Below are positions 63,816 through 64,000 of a stretch of 64,000 bases of DNA, one piece after another. The notes under the pieces are model-generated. The model searched no databases, had not been told where the DNA came from, and saw only the letters and a list, made by a program, of their open reading frames with translations. Where the stretch lies: contig OZ241826.1 in assembly GCA_965202585.1 (NCBI GenBank), positions 18,786,001 to 18,850,000 of the forward strand, in the 5' to 3' direction. Source of the stretch: Thalia democratica. Lineage: Eukaryota. The position numbers and the translations under genes are program-made. Each line of letters starts with the position of its first letter. The first letter of the stretch is position 1.

Positions 63816-64000
63816 TAAAAATTTAATTTTTTTATTTGTAGGTAAAGTAGTGAAACTTTAATATGACACAAAACATCTATTACTTAAGTAAAAAATGTGT
63901 TAATAGTTTTAATAGTCTAGTAAATGTGTTTTTTTCTTAAAAAATGGTATATAGTAGTTTTACCGTATATATTTATACTATTTAACTCATTTTCTTTACC

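Overview
Very AT-rich eukaryotic DNA, probably an invertebrate animal; the species cannot be identified from the sequence. The window is a birth-and-death cluster of short Kelch beta-propeller genes whose coding regions have no introns and which lack the N-terminal BTB/BACK domains typical of KLHL proteins. Five ORFs are intact. Three belong to subfamily A (~323 aa): 4486-5457 (-), 19447-20418 (-), 25476-26456 (+). Two belong to the more degenerate subfamily B (271-277 aa): 11081-11896 (+), 33062-33895 (-). At least six B-type pseudogenes or fragments are also present. The cluster appears to have grown by segmental, often inverted, duplication. An old hAT-type non-autonomous element with a recognisable 8-bp TSD sits about 0.7 kb upstream of the B genes and was co-duplicated with them, and three B copies share an 82-83 bp candidate 5'-UTR intron. 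Other content: further hAT MITEs and transposase relics, a Penelope-like RT fragment, a degenerate tRNA-derived SINE, a 45-bp minisatellite that expanded in only one of two tandem duplicates, and a ~1.3 kb long inverted repeat. No CRISPR, rRNA or intact tRNA was seen. All alignments were done by eye; repeat boundaries are approximate unless a TIR, TSD or codon is quoted.
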